From: Octopus sinensis
Taxonomy: Eukaryota
DNA: 64,000 nt
Assembly (NCBI RefSeq): GCF_006345805.1
Contig: NC_043000.1
Location: 111,600,001-111,664,000 of the forward strand
Direction: 5' to 3'
Shown here: in pieces, positions 52,608 through 64,000 of the stretch
Layout: the number at the start of each line of letters is the position of its first letter
Position numbering within the stretch: position 1 is the stretch's first letter
The notes under the pieces: model-generated
What the model was told of the DNA's origin: nothing
The model's database searches: none
The model's input: the letters and a program-made list of their open reading frames with translations, nothing else
Made by a program: the position numbers and the translations under genes

Positions 52608-52870
52608 CTAATGTAGGATAAAAATTTTTTCGAAGGAAAAAAATTTTATCAATGGCCAGCATATCAAAAAATACCTTCAAAGGTTAAATTTATAAACAAC
52701 TTATAAAATAAGGGCAAAAGAAAAATTCTAATGCCAAATATTTTTTTTTAAATTTCTATCGGCATGTTTCGAGACGCATAAGTTATAATGGCTATTGACA
52801 ATTTTGTCTTTTTTTTATCGGCATATTTGGAATTAGAATTTTTCTTTTGCCCTTATTTTATAAGTTGTAT
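52608..52870. mobile_element. Second copy of asymmetric fold-back family B', inserted in the microsatellite of a family-B SINE
   Basis: Same ctaatgtaggataaaa...ttttatc extension and the same IR ends as 46606-47191, but only about 50-bp arms around a different 80-bp interior. Confidence 0.85.
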
Positions 52871-53888
52871 ATATATATATATATATTTACACACACACAT
52901 ATATACGACGAGCTTCTTTCAGTTTCCGTCTACCAAATCCACTCACAATGCTTTGATCGGCCCGAGCTGTAGTAGAAGACACTTGCCTAAGTGCCACGCA
53001 GTGGAACTGAACCTGGAACCATGTGGTTCGTAAACAAGCTACTTGCCACACAGCCACTCCTGCGCCTATAATTATTAGGAATTGTATTGTAAGATTGTTA
53101 AAATATTTTGTGACTTTTAGAAATAAAACCAATTTATTGATTTTAGGTTTTAACAACAGAATCCCACAGAGACCGCCAAGAGTCATATGGACCCCGGTTG
53201 AAAACCATTGGGTTGGACGGAGACTGTGGCCAGCCAGGTGGAATCACTCTTTTCAGAATCTAATCATTTGTGACAAGGTCTCGCCAGTTCATTTTCAGGA
53301 TCTTTCTTAGGCATCTTTGATGGAATAAAATGGATGGCAAAAATTTTAATCCGGGATAAAAAGAAACCAAAGTAGATATAATACCAAGCAAAGTAACATA
53401 ACACTCGTGTAAACTATACTCTCATCAAAAGTAGAAACACTTATTTCTAATCAAGACACAAGGTCGTATATATTGAGTGGTGGAGTGTGCTCAATTAGGT
53501 ACTGAAGGATAGATTACACTCAACTAGTTGTTGAGAGGAAGTATATACTCAATTGCATAAACACAATTAAATTGATCCATATTATATTACGGCAAGACAG
53601 CGAAATGGCAGATTCATTTGACTACTTCGTGATATTTGTTCAGGCTTTCTAAGGGATTTCTAAGGACAACCATTGAGGGTTAGTCAAGGAACCCCAGTTT
53701 TCTTCTCTACCCTACAAACATATGCTGAGAGTAAGCTATTACACTTGAGAAGGGTTGCCCTCTGAGCTCAAATCCCACCTGTCAACTTTATCATTTCGTG
53801 GTCGATAAATAAAGTACTAATGATATACAGGAATAAACTCTCCTTTCTTTTCTTTCTCTCTCTCTCTCTCACACACTTTCTCTCTCTC

Positions 53889-53922
<34 letters not shown>

Positions 53923-54140
53923 TTTTCTCTCCCATTCTTTCTACTTCTTTCTCATTCTCTCGGAATTGGCAATGCTGTGCTGTGAGGGTGGCAAAAGACC
54001 ACTCACAGAATCTGCGATACAAGAAAGATTAGCAGACATTACTGACATTATTGCCACACTTCAGAGACTTTGGAAGAATCACCCACGCTCCAAGAGCTGA
54101 CAGCAGTTGCTTATAAGGATGACGACCACAATAACGATGA

Positions 54141-54209
<69 letters not shown>

Positions 54210-54454
54210 TGTGTGGGTGGGTGTTTGGATGTATTTGTGTGCGTGTATATATATATATGTGTGTGCGTGTGTATATAAACATACATGCATGCATACATAC
54301 AATTTATATTATATACGTATATAATTTGAAAACAATAACTATGTGTGTGTGTGTTTCAAATTGATGTAATGCTTGCATTGTTCGATTAAATGGAGCCGCC
54401 TGAAACGGCCGTATTGCATTAATACCTTGACATCCTTGCTATTTATTTGACGCA

Positions 54455-55106
54455 AAGTTGCAGAAAGTGTATGGAGAGGAGTGTATGAGCCGCACACAAG
54501 TGTTCGAGTGGTTCAGACATTTACAAGGTGACCGAAAAAATGTCGGTATTGACGAACGTCCTGGGGACATGCAACCAGCAGAACTGAGAAAAACATCGCA
54601 GATGTGCATTCATCTGTGAGGAGAAATCGTCGAATCACCATCCGTGAGTTAGCAGAGGATGTGCAGATTAGTTACGGTTCAGTTCAGTCCATTATCACCG
54701 AAGATATTTGGGTATGAGATGTGGATCTGCCAAGTTTGTGCCAAGACTGCTTTCAGCTGACCAAGAAGACACTCGGGTTTCAGTTGCACAAAATCTCCTT
54801 GATTGAGTCGAGAACGATGAAAACTTTTTGAAACCGTTGCGTTGGCCTCTGGGCTGGTATCGTCAAGCTTTTGGCAAACTTTGATGCAGATTCTCTTCTC
54901 AACTTACCCTGTCATGGTCACTCGACTATCACACGCAACACACATTCCTTCTAAGCACTGCTGTAAATAGCAGAAGTGAGCTAGAACATTAAAACTTAAT
55001 GCGCATGCACAACTAAATTTAAGGTCAATCTGTGATAAGCGGCTTCACTCTGCGTGCTTTAGCATTGTTACTATGGCAACAGTCCGGATACATATTGATC
55101 AGACCA

Positions 55107-55108
<2 letters not shown>
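54455..55108 (+). mobile_element. Truncated mariner element
   Basis: KVYGEECMSRTQVFEWF..DERPG..RRNRRITIRELAEDVQISYGSVQSII..FVPRLLS. Right TIR ccggatacatattgatcagaccacg-TA. Confidence 0.85.
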
Positions 55109-55191
<83 letters not shown>

Positions 55192-55194
<3 letters not shown>

Positions 55195-56181
55195 CTAAAA
55201 GTCTGAGTAGGGACGGGATAAACTGCCTGTATCGACTTACTATAAAAGCAGGTAGTAATTTTACCTTGCCCTTATTCTTAATGCAAGTTTGGAAGAGTGC
55301 AGTTCGATTTTAAGTCATTTTTTCAAAGCTATAATGGAAGTGACAAAGGAGCATATTCAGCATATTTTGCTTTATGAGTTCAACAAAGGCAACAACGCAA
55401 CGGAAAGTGAGAGGCATATTAATGCAGTATATGGGGATCAGACAATAACTGTAAGCCAGTGTCAACGGTGGTTTCAGAAATTCTGACCCGGAACCTACAG
55501 CCTAGAAGACAAGCCTCGTCCTGGAAGATCTGTAAAGCTCGACGAGGATGTCCTGTAAACCCTGGTGAAACAAAAACCCATCGTAAATATTGAGGAACTA
55601 GCAGAGAAGCTTGGATTTGGTCATTCAACGAGTTATTCAAGTCAATGCTAGAAGAAAAACGACCATCTTTGGTTTCAAGACGAAAGGTGTTCTTCCATCA
55701 GGATAATGTTCGGCCACATACAGCGAGGATAACATACCAAAAGCTGGAGCAGTTTGAATGGGAAACGATACTCCACCCATCATATCCGCCGGGCATTGCC
55801 CCGTCTGATTATCATTTATTCTGCAGTCTTCAAAAGCATTTGGCCGGCAAAAATACGAATTCTGTATTAATACCTTGACATCCTTGTTATTTATTTGACG
55901 CAGAGTTGCAGAAAGTGTATGGAGAGGAGTGTATGGGCCACACACAAGTGTTCGAGTGTTTTCCAAGTTGACCGAAAAAATGTCGGTATTGATGAACGTC
56001 CTGGGAGATCCGCAACCAGAAGAACTGAGAAAAACTGAGTATTTTTCGTCAGGGACAAGTGAATTTTGGAAGAGGGGCCTTGCAAGTCTACCAGGGACAT
56101 GGAAAAGCATTGTAGAAAATGAAGGAGAATATATTTAAGATTAAAAAAGAACTTAATTTTGGGATGGCCTAATATATAATT
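55192..56181 (+). mobile_element. Decayed, internally deleted DD34D mariner
   Basis: MEVTKEHIQHILLYEFNKGNNATE..., FHQDNVRPH...HPSYPPGIAPSDYHLF, WKSIVENEGEYI. Right TIR ttttgggatggcctaata. Confidence 0.9.
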
Positions 56182-56499
56182 GTTGGTTTTCAAAGTCTGG
56201 CACAAGGACAGAAATTTCGAAGGAAAGGTAAGTTGATTACATTGACACAGGTGCTCAACTGGGACGTGTTTTATCGACCACGAAAGGGATGAAAGGTAAA
56301 GTCGACCTTGGCAAAATTTCAATTCAGAATGTAAAGATGGCACATTGGATTTTAAAAAAACTGCCAGTACGCCACATCAGATAGTTTGAGAAGCACTGGT
56401 CTAAATTACGCAAAAATGAAAATAACACTGACATCACATTTTAACAGATATATTTACCACAGTTACATGAAAATATCTTAAAATACTAAAGAGTAAATT

Positions 56500-56770
56500 T
56501 ATTCAATAAAATCGCCATTGGCTTCAACCACGGCCTCCAGACGACTTCGGCATCTCCTGCAATTCTTCTGGACAGTCTCCTTGTTTAAGTTGGTGAATGC
56601 TGCCATAATCCTTGCCTTCAATTTGTCTTTGATGTTACAAGGGGTTTTACTGGTGTCTCGATCAACTGTGCCCCTCACATAATAATCAAGGGGGTTGCAG
56701 TCTGGGGAGTTAGGTAACCAGATATTAGGGGTGATGTGGTTGCAGAAATTGTCTGATAGTCATGACTGGG
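56500..56770 (-). mobile_element. maT/DD37D-type transposase C-terminal fragment
   Basis: LSDNFCNHITPNIWLPNSPDCNPLDYYVRG...RSRLEAVVEANGDFIE*. Confidence 0.8.
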
Positions 56771-58424
56771 TTCCCATGCTTGTATGTGTATATATAAAAG
56801 CATATACACTACCTTGTAGGTGGGTATACAAAAGAATATGTATGCAAACGGGAGGCGGGTTAAGATACATTTTCCCCTTGTTTCTGTCATTCAACTGCGG
56901 CCAAGCTGGGACACCACCTTAAAGAATTTTTAGTCGAATGAATCGAGCTCAGGATTTATTTCTTAAGCCCGGTACTTATTCTACCGAACTTTTTGCCGAA
57001 TCGCTGAGTCACGGGGATGTAAACACACCAACACCGGTTGTCAAGCGGTGGTGGGAGACAAACACAGACACAAAGAGAGAGAGAGAGACACACACTCGCA
57101 CACACACAGATAGGCAGAATATATGCTACGAGGTAAGGTCTTATATCTTTTATGTCGTGTATCAAAAGTTGAGTCTTCGGTTTGTAGTTTCACTGTCCAC
57201 GTCACAGCCCCAAATAATTCATAATACAAATGAACACTTGTTGAGCACATTATACAAAGAAACACTTATGTAAGATTAATTATGATGAACTGCTGGAATA
57301 ATTAGGTCTTGTTACCAGATATGTACGATACTTAGAAAGCAATTTTATATTAAGCATTTTGAAGTGGATTTTTCCCTGAGAAATATGCTCATCCTGAATA
57401 TAACTTGCATCCAATCACACATTTGTTCCGGACAAATTTATATGTAACTCCAAACAGCTGACAGCTAATTTATATCGCTGGTCACAGAGAGCTTCTATCA
57501 TTTTTAGCTTACACCAATTAAGAAATACACTTCTCGAAGCCAAACTCTGTGGCGGAAGATCTGCTTCCAGGTAAGATCATGGACATTTCACTGCATCTTC
57601 TATGACAAAAATCGATTGTTTTCGTTTATTTTATCCTTCTTGTAGACTTAATGTCAAAGTCCCAGATAATTCAAATGCTATCTTTTATCTCTTGCTTGCT
57701 TCAGTGATTGGACTGCGACCATGCTGGAGCACGGCTGTGAAGGGTTTTTAGTCGAACAACTCGTTCCTAGTACTTGTGTCTATTTTTGTTTTGTTTGCTT
57801 TTTTTTTTAAATTTTGGTATTTATTCTATCGGTGTCTTTTGTCGAACCGCTGAATTGCGGCAACATAAAGAAACCATCACCGGTCGTCAAACCGTGGCGT
57901 AGGTAACATACACACAAGGACATACACATAGGTGTGAACATATATATGGAGCGGCTGTGTGGTAATGAGCTTGCTTACCAACCGCATGGTTCCATGTTCA
58001 GTCCCACTGTGTGGCATCTTGGGCAAATGTCTTCTACTAGAGCCTCGGGCCGACTTGGTAGGCGGAAACTGAAAGAAGCCCGTCGTATATATGTGCGTGT
58101 GTCTGCGTGTGCATTACACACACACACACAGGTATGCATATACTTACTCATCTCAATCCAGCCACCTACCCACCAACCTACCCATCTCTTTTTTTTTCTC
58201 TCACTCACCTTCACTCTCTCCCTTCCTATATATCTACCTACCTCTACCCCGTGTTCTAAGACATTAGAATACACACAATAATGTACCCAGGGCATACAAT
58301 ATTTTCATTGTAAACACACGGCTAGACTTTCCCACCTTACTTCCTTCTTTCTTTCTATTATTCATTTCTTTCTCATCTTAATACATATTACATAGACGCA
58401 TATAAACACACACACACACACACA

Positions 58425-58503
<79 letters not shown>

Positions 58504-58602
58504 ATATATATACATAGGTTTGGTGATGCAAGCAGGAAAATACATAATACATAAGCATTTATATACTAAACTCCCGACCCTTGAGTCACTCTGTAACTTC
58601 TG

Positions 58603-58637
<35 letters not shown>

Positions 58638-60144
58638 TATGTATTGTATATGCATGCATATATATATATGTGTGTGTGTGTGTAATGACTGCAACTTTAG
58701 TGTGTATACATTTGATTGTACGCCAACCGTACCAGGGTGGAGTAAATTTGCGATGTATTCTCTTAAAACAATACAAGACCTGCCACCCCTAACCTTGTTG
58801 TCATTGCTACTGACACATACCGCCACCACCACCACCACCACTGCAACAACAACAGCAACAACCACTGGCAACAGGACTATCAATATACCCGTCACCTTCA
58901 CCACCTCTTTACCGCCACTACTACATCACCAATGCCAGCGCACATTCCACAATAACACTCACACATATATAAACCGACGTAGTAGAACTACAAACAGGAT
59001 AAATTTAACTCTTTCTCCGTCGACTGAAGAAAAATGGTGAACATCCTCAATCGATTTCGAAACTTATTGCATTCTCATCAGTGATGTCTACCGCCTTTGA
59101 CCAAATCCAGAGATAACAAATCCTGTAGCTAGAGAAAAGGAGCGACTGATTTGCATACGTGTTTAATACTTTAGTTATCAATAACTTGAGACACACGAAG
59201 CAGCATTGAATAAAATATAATGGTGTAGAACCATATTTGATACGTTGGGTACACCTGGACGTGGGAAGCCCTTTTTGCAGAGAAAAGATGTGAAAATACA
59301 TTGGGCTATGAATGATGCCATCGGATCTAGGATGCTTCCGTTTCTGTGTTTCTGCGTCGTTACTCGTCGCCAGATAGGCGTCTTTCACAACCCTATAAGA
59401 ACGATAGTTGTTATTTATAAGAACAGTAAATAGTACATTTACTAGTCTGAGTAAAGGTCGGTCAAGCTGGAATTAAATAATTAGAGAATCGTGTACAACT
59501 ATATTTCATTCGTTCGTGTACATTCGGACGTAGAAAGACTTTTCGCTGCGGAAATAGCTCAGGGAGAAAATTCTCCCCACTGACAAAACGTGTGAAAATA
59601 CATATTCTTATAAATAAAAGTTATCGTTCTTTTAAGATTGTGAAACACGGATTTCGGTATTCGTAGCTGACAACGCGCATTGACGCAGAAATACATTCAT
59701 CCTAAGATCTGATGACGTCATTCGCTGCCTAATATGTTTTATACATATTTTCTGTGTCGATAATTTTGTCCTGAAAGTACTTGACAAGTTCTTTATTTTA
59801 TAGACACCGAAAGGATGAAAGACAAAGTTGACTTTGTGCGGCGGCAATTTATGATCAGTGCGTAAAGCACCCGATTCAGTCTAAAATGTCCATTTCCTGT
59901 CATCATCCACTCCACTGACTCCTGAACAAGACTGAGCTGCTGTTATTGTTGTCGCTGTCGTTGTTGTTTACCCTCAGCTCAGCCCTAAACGATCAAACGT
60001 ACGAGTAAAGGTATTCTAGTCCGTGACCACCCCACCTTTTCACTAGAGCCAATGCACCTAGGATCACATTATCCAATGTGTCCTTCCTTTCTAAGACACT
60101 TATCTGTGGTTTAGAGGTAGATTTGATTGCTACTTCTAGCAGAA

Positions 60145-60480
60145 TCGTTAGCACGCCGGGGGAAATGCTTAGCGGTATTTCGTCTGCCGCTACGTTCTGA
60201 GTTCAAATTCCGCCGAGGTCAACTTTGCCTCTCATCCTTTCGAGGTCGATAAATTAAGTACCAGTTACGCACTGGGGTCGATATAATCGACTAAATCCGT
60301 TTGTCAGTCCTTGTTTGTCCTTTCTGTGTTTAGCCCCTTGTGGGTGGTAAAGAAATAGGTATCTCTTTCGGCTCTTTATGTTCTGAGTTCTAATCGTGTG
60401 GGGGTCAACTTTGCCTTTCATCCCTTCGGGATCCATAAAATAAAGTACCAGTCATATATTGGTGTCGATGTAAATTGCTG
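60145..60480 (+). mobile_element. Head-to-tail family-A SINE pair
   Basis: Copy 1 ends aaagaaata|ggtat. Copy 2 resumes at the ggtatttcg head position. Confidence 0.85.
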
Positions 60481-61003
60481 GCCTCAAACATTACAATGGA
60501 CCGGCGTCCCGTTCAGGAAGAATGTTGTGACCTCGGTCACTTATAAGCCATGAAAACCAAATAACCGGCCTTATGAACCCCGGGACTCAAAGGAAACATT
60601 TTTTAAGAATTAACCCAAACCCTAGCCCTTAACATAGTGACGTATGGCCTCAATATAATTTATCAGTATGGTATAGAGATTAGGGGACTTAATACTATGA
60701 AAACAAGACTTTTGAAAATAACTGCGCTAAATTATATTCTTAACAATTGCGAAGTAAAACGATAAGAAAATATATTTAATTCCTCTGGGGTGGGATCAAA
60801 TATGTTTTAGAAAGGTATTTTAGTTAATGCAAAAGCATTAAATTATTTTTATTTAGACTGCGACCACGTTCGAGTCGAACAAATCAACCTCGGTATATTT
60901 TATTTTTTTTTTTTTTGGAAGGCTTGTACTTATCTTATCGGTCTCTTGTCCCAAACTGCTAAGTTACGGCGACGTTAACAAACCAAGCGATGGGACGAAC
61001 ACA

Positions 61004-61043
<40 letters not shown>

Positions 61044-61794
61044 CACGCACGCTTTTACGACGAGATTCCACAATGTTCCCCTTCCAGCCAATCCGCTCAC
61101 AAAGCATTGATCGGCCCAGAGCTATACTTAGAACGTTAAAAATACCGCAACGCATTATTTTCCGACGCTCTGGCAATTCTGTGAATCCACCACTGCCGCT
61201 TTCATAGATTTATTCATAATAATTACGCGGTGAGAAGACGCAAACATTAATTAGCTCCATGATATGTATTAATTCAATTTGTACATTATTATTTTCAACC
61301 AAAACAAAGATGGCGGATTGGCAAACTCGTCAAAGCGTTGGAATAAATGTTTCGAGCAATTTGTTCCGGTTGTTTATATTCTGGGTTAGAATCTTGTTTT
61401 CATATCGTTTCTGCGTCGATAAAATAAAATACCAGTTAAGAACTGGGTTCGATTAAACCCTTCCCGTTTAAAATTACCGGTCCTGAACCTAAATTTGAAG
61501 CTTTTATTTTTCAACCAAAACCGAAAGCAAAGAAAGAATGATAAAAGACAGAATATATATAATGGATTGTCAGATTAAAAACTCGTTTGTTTCTTTCCAT
61601 CAACGATGTGGAGTTGAAAACGTGACTCAATGAAGTCTTCGAGTAAAGACTCGGTGTTTTCTACCACCAAGACATTGACAAACTTAAGGAACATTGACAG
61701 GAAGTCGCGAACAATGAAGAGGAATTGACTAATTTGTGAAAATTGTAGATGAAAAAAAAAAAAGATTAAAAGAAATGGGGAAGACGAAGGAATT

Positions 61795-62260
61795 TGTCTC
61801 TAGGCACAAGGCTCGAAATTTTGGAGGGAGGGGTCAGTCGATTAGATCTACCCCAATACGCAACTGGTACTTAATTTATCGACACCGAAAGGATGAAAGG
61901 CAAAGTCGACCTCGGCGGAATTTGAACTCAGAACGTAATGTCAGACGAAATACAGCTAAGCATTTCGCCCGGCGTGCTAACGTTTCTGCCAGCGCGCCGC
62001 CTTGACGAAAGAATTTATCTAACATTCCAAAACATGACATTAAAACAATTCACTTCTGCTAATTCTTTGGAAACACAAGGCATCGAACAGACAGAATCGT
62101 TACCGTGCCGGTCTAAATGCTTAACAGCATTTCTTCTGGCTTTACATTCTGAGTTCAAATTCCACTGAGGTCGACTTTGCCTTTCATCATTTCGGGGGGG
62201 GGGCGAAGAAATAAGTACCAGTTGAGCACTGGGGTCGATGTAATCGACTCGTGCCCTTCC
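61795..62260. mobile_element. Divergently oriented family-A SINE pair (61795-62003 minus; 62095-62260 plus)
   Basis: Both contain gagttcaaattcc and gaggtcgactttgcctttcatc. Confidence 0.85.
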
Positions 62261-62990
62261 CACCCATCCCCCAAAACACTTAGTCCCTTCTGTCACCTTT
62301 ACCAATTTCACCGATGCTTACTTTTCAAAAGCACATAAATATCCGTACGCACACACAAACACACACACATCAACAGACTTCTTCCGCGCGAGCCTCGCAT
62401 CCTTTATCTTTTTCCTTTTTCGCACTTAGTGACAGACTACAGTACGAACAGGACCAGAGAGTTTCGATGTACAAGACAAACAGACATTATCTACAAGACA
62501 TAATTTTGTGTGGCTTCTTCCAACTCGTCGCAGCTGTATCACTACGTAACAATTGAATAGAATCTATACTGTGCGTATACAGTAATCCCTCGACTATCGT
62601 GGTTGTTACGTTCCTAAACTCCCGCGATAGATGAAAATCCGCAAAGTAGAAACAGTACTGTAGTGTATATCTTTTTTTATCATCTTCATAATTTGTTTAT
62701 ATTTATTTTATCATAAATGCAAAACAACTCCACGGAGGAATCGACGAGGGATTCCTAGCAATCCCTCGCCATATCGCGGTTCACCTATTGCGGTTTATTC
62801 TTTAAGCATACGCCGATTCCTAGTAATCCCTCGCTATGTTGTGGTTCACCTATCGCGGTTTATTATTTAAGCATACGTCGATTCCTAGTAATCCCTGGTT
62901 ATATTGAGGTTCACCTATCGCGGTTTATTATTTAAGCTTACGTCGATTCCTCCGTGGTATTGTTTTGCCTTTATAATAAATTAAATATTA

Positions 62991-63064
62991 CAGTTCTGTA
63001 TGGTGTAGTGGTTAAGAGCTCGAGCTACTAACCCCAAGATTCCAAGTTCGATTCCAGACAGTGA

Positions 63065-63117
<53 letters not shown>

Positions 63118-63262
63118 TCGAAAAATACCTTAAGAATGAGAACCCAGGTTCGTAATTTCCCCAAGACACCTGATGAAGGCTGGAGAGTATATCAGCTGAA
63201 ACGTTGTATTAACAACAAACAAGATGAGGACACATATCCGTCAAATGTAAATAATGTAAAAT
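62991..63262 (+). mobile_element. tRNA-headed SINE with internal (AAT)n and a hammerhead-bearing tail, nested in a MITE
   Basis: A box TGGTGTAGTGG (63001), B box AGTTCGATTCC (about 63045), (AAT)n 63069-63114, tail with CCTGATGAAGGCTG...CAGCTGAAACGTTG, ending in aatgtaaat repeats. Interrupts the MITE at an AT-rich site. Confidence 0.8.
63165..63210 (+). ncRNA. Minimal hammerhead ribozyme motif in SINE tail
   Basis: GACAC-CTGATGA-A-GGCTG(loop)CAGCT-GAAA-CGTT-GTATT. Stem III is only the palindrome AACGTT. Stem I has one mismatch in this copy. Confidence 0.55.
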
Positions 63263-64000
63263 AAATATATACAAATTATAAAAATAATAAGTAAAAAAAT
63301 ACAGTACAATACTATTTCTACTTCGCGGATTTTCACCTATCGCGGTGGGGTTTGGAACGAACACCCGCGATAGTCGAGAGATTACTCTAGACTATCTTTT
63401 AATTTATTTCAAACAACCAGAAATAATTAACTTGTCACATCGCAATGTATCACACCTCACAACTAATAAACTGAAATATGAAAGAGTATAATAAACAGAC
63501 ACTACTTATCTATTGAGGTGACTTCAAATTTGTTCATAACTCAGTGTCTTTACCAATATAGCGTCGAGTATTATGAAATTATTACAGGATTCCAATCACA
63601 GAGTTAGTGCCCAGCATAAATCCAATAACCGTCGCTTCTCGAGTCGTACCAAAAGTAAACTAACACAAGCTGACCCTTTGCCTGTCCTGTGCATTACATG
63701 TGATACACAGGACATAGTTCCCCGGCGTCAATGCATCGTGTATGATACACATTCCTGACGCTGTTTTTTTTTTGGGGGGGGGGGGTCAACGACTAGAGTA
63801 ACTTGTAACTTAGGAAAGGAAAGCTTTATATTAATCAGAACGTACGAAACCAGGGGTAGCTGAAAGTCTGAAAACAAACGCAGAGCCTAAAGACAAACTT
63901 ATGAATATGCTTTGAACAAGTAACAGGTGAAATAAAACTGCTACTGCTTGGTGCCTAGTTTTGATCTATGTGTACTGTGATTTGCTATCAATAAATAAAT

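Larger units (their letters stand above)
62580..63387. mobile_element. Tigger/pogo-like MITE with an internal 3x65-bp tandem array and a nested SINE
   Basis: TA-CAGTAATCCCTCGACTATCG...CGATAGTCGAGAGATTACT(C)-TA. Tandem units start at 62750, 62815 and 62880. Confidence 0.85.

Noticed and set aside
57508-57570. 63-nt plus-strand exon candidate with ag/gtaaga signals
   Set aside because: An equally plausible minus-strand exon overlaps it, and neither has a supporting partner or recognisable peptide.
61300-61456. AAGATGGCGG (YY1/start-like) ORF MADWQTRQ...
   Set aside because: Short ORF that runs into SINE-like sequence, with no clear donor or promoter context.

Overview
Repeat-dominated, AT-rich eukaryotic DNA, most likely from an octopus (inferred from the SINE families and the (TA)n/(CATA)n/(GATA)n/(TAA)n density). 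Only one host gene is supported. It is the 3' end of a minus-strand gene (exons 11595-11812 and 9788-9874, probable terminal exon at about 8.9 kb) encoding an unidentified, probably extracellular or luminal protein. The rest is mobile DNA: decayed Tc1/mariner elements, Tigger-, hAT- and fold-back MITEs, several tRNA-derived SINE families, and 3' fragments of R4/Dong (RLE), CR1 and RTE LINEs. The most notable signal is a set of Penelope-type hammerhead ribozyme motifs. One canonical type I hammerhead (26099-26147) and a damaged mirror copy (24848-24896) cap the two outer ends of a 1.3-kb palindrome. A tRNA-headed SINE carries a minimal hammerhead in its tail (63165-63210; further tail copies at 30845-30890 and 29052-29090). 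Other points are two R4/Dong lineages embedded in different microsatellites, (CATA)n and (TAA)n, and two families of asymmetric fold-back elements sitting in (TA)n. All calls were made by eye, with no database searches or folding programs.
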